Positions 37,415 through 40,090 of a stretch of DNA of 40,090 nucleotides are shown here, one piece after another (within the stretch, counting starts at the first letter, position 1; the number at the start of each line of letters is the position of its first letter). Made by a program: the position numbers and the translations under genes. The notes beneath the pieces are model-generated. The model searched no databases. It was not told the origin of the DNA and saw only the letters and a program-made list of their open reading frames with translations. Source of the DNA: Candidatus Micrarchaeota archaeon (GTDB lineage: Archaea > B1Sed10-29); assembly GCA_964579265.1 (NCBI GenBank), contig CAZOFO010000006.1, positions 1 to 40,090 on the forward strand. The letters run 5' to 3'.

Positions 37415-38704
37415 ATGGATAGAGAAAGAACAGAACCGAAAGTAAAAAAACTCGAAAAAAGCCTGAAGTACAGAGATAAATTCCATGAAAACGGAGCAAA
37501 AACAACACACGCTCACCCACTAGCATGGGACTATCTAGAAGAAGCAAAAGGACCTTTCTGCAAAGATATAGACGGAAATGTATTCTTGGATTTCGCTCAA
37601 CACGCATCATCAACACCACTAGGATACAATCATCCTGAAATGGAGAAAGCTCTGGAAGAATACGAAATAAAGGACCCTATAAAAATAGCCGGACAGGACT
37701 TCTACGTAAAGAACAAAGTCCCAGGCCCAGCAGAACTGCAGGAAAAACTAGTGGAAACAACAGAAAAATTCAATATGGACACAGTATTCACAGTCAATTC
37801 AGGAGCAGAAGCAGTAGAAAACGCAATAAAGATAAGTTACGATAAAAAATACAAAAAAGGAAAGAATAAAGGAATATGCTTTAAAGGATCATTCCACGGC
37901 AGAACCCTAGGAGCTCTAACACTAACCACAAGCAAAGAAAAATACAGAAAAGGATATCCAAAGATACCTGGAATAAAAACAGCTCCATTCTGCAACTGCG
38001 GAAAAGAACACGAAGGAAAATGCAGATGCGGAGCAGCGGAAAAAGCTGGAGAAAAAATAAGAAACACCAAAGGACTAGCTTACATCATAACAGAACCAAT
38101 ACAAGGGGAAGGAGGATACAAGGTACCCAGCACCGAATTCATGAAAACTATCAAAGAAGCAGCTGATGAAAAAAACACCCTATTCATATCCGATGAGATA
38201 CAAGCAGGACTCGGAAGAACAGGGAGATTCTGGGCAGTAGAACACTACGGAATAGAACCAGATATCATAACCTCGGCAAAAGGACTCAGAGTAGGAGCTA
38301 CAGTATCCAGAGAAGAAATATTCCCATCAGAAGAAGCAAGAATAAGCTCCACATGGGGAGCAGGAGACATACTATCGAGCTTCGTAGGATACAAAACAAT
38401 AGAGATAATACAGAAAAATGATTTGACTAAAAATTCCGAGGAAAAAGGAAAATACCTGAAAGAAAGACTAAAAGAATTAAAACAGGAATCAGAGAGTATA
38501 GAAGAAGTACGTGGAAAAGGACTAATGTCTGCAATAGAAATTAAAAAGAAAAATGAAAGAGAAAAAATCTTAGAAAAAGCATTCAAAAAAGGATTAGTAC
38601 TATTAGGATGTGGGGAAAAATCAATACGGTTCTTACCACCAATGGACGTTCGGGAAAGAGAGATAGATATCCTAAAAAACAAATTAAACGGAATAATAAA
38701 GTAA
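37415..38704 (+). CDS. Class III PLP-dependent aminotransferase (ornithine/4-aminobutyrate-like, haloarchaeal type)
   Basis: NSGAEAVENAIK, FHGRTLG, EPIQGEGGY, DEIQAGLGRTG, SAKG, STWG. Confidence 0.93.
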   Translation: MDRERTEPKVKKLEKSLKYRDKFHENGAKTTHAHPLAWDYLEEAKGPFCKDIDGNVFLDFAQHASSTPLGYNHPEMEKALEEYEIKDPIKIAGQDFYVKNKVPGPAELQEKLVETTEKFNMDTVFTVNSGAEAVENAIKISYDKKYKKGKNKGICFKGSFHGRTLGALTLTTSKEKYRKGYPKIPGIKTAPFCNCGKEHEGKCRCGAAEKAGEKIRNTKGLAYIITEPIQGEGGYKVPSTEFMKTIKEAADEKNTLFISDEIQAGLGRTGRFWAVEHYGIEPDIITSAKGLRVGATVSREEIFPSEEARISSTWGAGDILSSFVGYKTIEIIQKNDLTKNSEEKGKYLKERLKELKQESESIEEVRGKGLMSAIEIKKKNEREKILEKAFKKGLVLLGCGEKSIRFLPPMDVREREIDILKNKLNGIIK

Positions 38705-38816
38705 ATATAGCTTCTGAACACAGTCATATAAACCCTCTTAAACCCCAAGAAAAAATATAAAAAATTGAATCACTTCTAAATAATTAGAAAACATAAAGAA
38801 AAAAGAGGTTCGGAAA

Positions 38817-40090
38817 ATGGAATTCAAAATACTCGAAGTAGATCTAAACTCACAGGAAACAAACACCCGAAAAATCCCAGAAGAAAAGATAGAAAAATTC
38901 CTAGGAGGCAGAGGACTAGGAGCAAAACTACTGCACGAAGAAATAAAACAAAATCCAGAAATAGATTCTCTTTCAGAAGAAAACCCAGTTATAATCACTA
39001 CAAGTCCACTTACCGGGTACTTCCCATCCGCTAACCGTACCTGGGTAACTACAATCTCACCGCTCACTGGTTATTACACAACTTCATCAGGAGGAAGCCA
39101 CTTCGCCGGTGAAATGGCTAAAAACGGATATATAGCGATCAAAATCACTGGAAAGAGCAAAAAACCAGTGCATCTGAGAATAGACGGAGAAAAAACAGAA
39201 CTCAAAAACACTGAAGAAGAATACTGGAACATGAAAGTATACGACATAGTAGAGAAAGCCCGAGAAAAAGGATACGAGCCACTTTCAATAGGACCAGCAG
39301 GAGAAAAAGGAGTAAAGTACGCAGGGACATTCCCAGGATACAGAAGCTGCAGCAGAGGAGGAACAGGAACAGTGCTCGGAGAAAAGAAAATAAAAGTTAT
39401 ACTCGCCAAAAAAAGAAAAAAAGCCTTAAAAACCCCTGAAAACCTGAAAAAAATTGCTCAGAAGAAATACAAGGAAGTAACAAGTGAAAGAGAACCAAGA
39501 CAGAAAACACTACCACTTGTCAGAAAAATTAATAAGGTTGAATCTTACCCAACAAATAACTGGGAGAAATCAAAATTTGAAGATGCTGAAAAAGAAACCG
39601 GTCTAACAGCATTGAAGGAATACATCACAGATACTAAATCATGCTTCAAATGCCCAATAGGATGCCAAGACGTAATGAAAAGTAAACATACAGGAGAAGG
39701 AGACGGAGTAGAATACGAAATAGCATGGGCATTCGGAGCAAACCTAGCTAACAAAAACGAAGAAATAATAATCGCAGCAAATCACCTTTGTGACCAGTAC
39801 GGAATAGACGTACTGAACGCGGCGGGAGCAATAGCATGGGCAAAAGAAGCCAGCGAAAAGGAAATCATAGACTACGAATGGAAAGGACCAGAATCCATAC
39901 TTGAACTCATAGAGAAAATAGGTAAAAGAGAAGGAATAGGGAAAATACTGGGAGAAGGATCCAGAAAAGCACAAGAAAAATACGGAGAAAAGAAAGAAGA
40001 CTTCTCGATAGACGTAAGAGGAATGAATCTACCAGCCTACGACCCAAGAGGACTTAGAGGAATGTCACTAACCTATTCACAAGGACCAAG
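38817..40090 (+). CDS. aor: Aldehyde:ferredoxin oxidoreductase family (W/Mo-pterin); runs off the right edge
   Basis: Manual translation: FLGGRGLG, SPLTG, IGPAGE, CFKCPIGC, EYE, CDQYGID, LGEGS, PAYDPRG. Absent from the ORF track. Confidence 0.9.
   Translation, partial: MEFKILEVDLNSQETNTRKIPEEKIEKFLGGRGLGAKLLHEEIKQNPEIDSLSEENPVIITTSPLTGYFPSANRTWVTTISPLTGYYTTSSGGSHFAGEMAKNGYIAIKITGKSKKPVHLRIDGEKTELKNTEEEYWNMKVYDIVEKAREKGYEPLSIGPAGEKGVKYAGTFPGYRSCSRGGTGTVLGEKKIKVILAKKRKKALKTPENLKKIAQKKYKEVTSEREPRQKTLPLVRKINKVESYPTNNWEKSKFEDAEKETGLTALKEYITDTKSCFKCPIGCQDVMKSKHTGEGDGVEYEIAWAFGANLANKNEEIIIAANHLCDQYGIDVLNAAGAIAWAKEASEKEIIDYEWKGPESILELIEKIGKREGIGKILGEGSRKAQEKYGEKKEDFSIDVRGMNLPAYDPRGLRGMSLTYSQGP

Noticed and set aside
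38738..39974. Four minus-strand ORFs at the right end
   Set aside because: Antisense shadows of the AOR gene.

Overview
A 40-kb, gene-dense, AT-rich archaeal chromosomal segment. Evidence for archaeal origin: aIF-2beta, aIF-1A, Rio1, Dim2-like KH protein, Topo VI A/B, a BHB-intron tRNA, TATA promoters and GGTG Shine-Dalgarno motifs. A DPANN-like (Micrarchaeota/Iainarchaeota-like) organism from a saline habitat is my inference only. Two genes cut by the window edges are missing from the ORF track: a class II ribonucleotide reductase (left) and an aldehyde:ferredoxin oxidoreductase (right). The window also carries a P-type ATPase, argF and arcC, rnhA, an RPA/aIF-2beta/DUF424/aIF-1A block, htrA, an ABC1 kinase, a TetR-controlled ABC exporter operon, several peptidases and three tRNAs (Leu-CAA, intron-containing Thr-CGT, Asn-GTT). 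No CRISPR array, transposase or integrase was seen. Best leads: (1) a HAD phosphatase fused to the KH/Dim2 ribosome-maturation factor, next to a rio1 gene flanked by two small basic genes with structured leaders; (2) a duplicated palindromic TetR operator; (3) a strand-composition switch near 3-4 kb with a bistable GC-rich hairpin; (4) two unannotated tandem 59-aa glycine-rich membrane peptides; (5) a possible arginine/ornithine catabolic route ending in a divergent AOR; (6) several Lys-rich orphan proteins.
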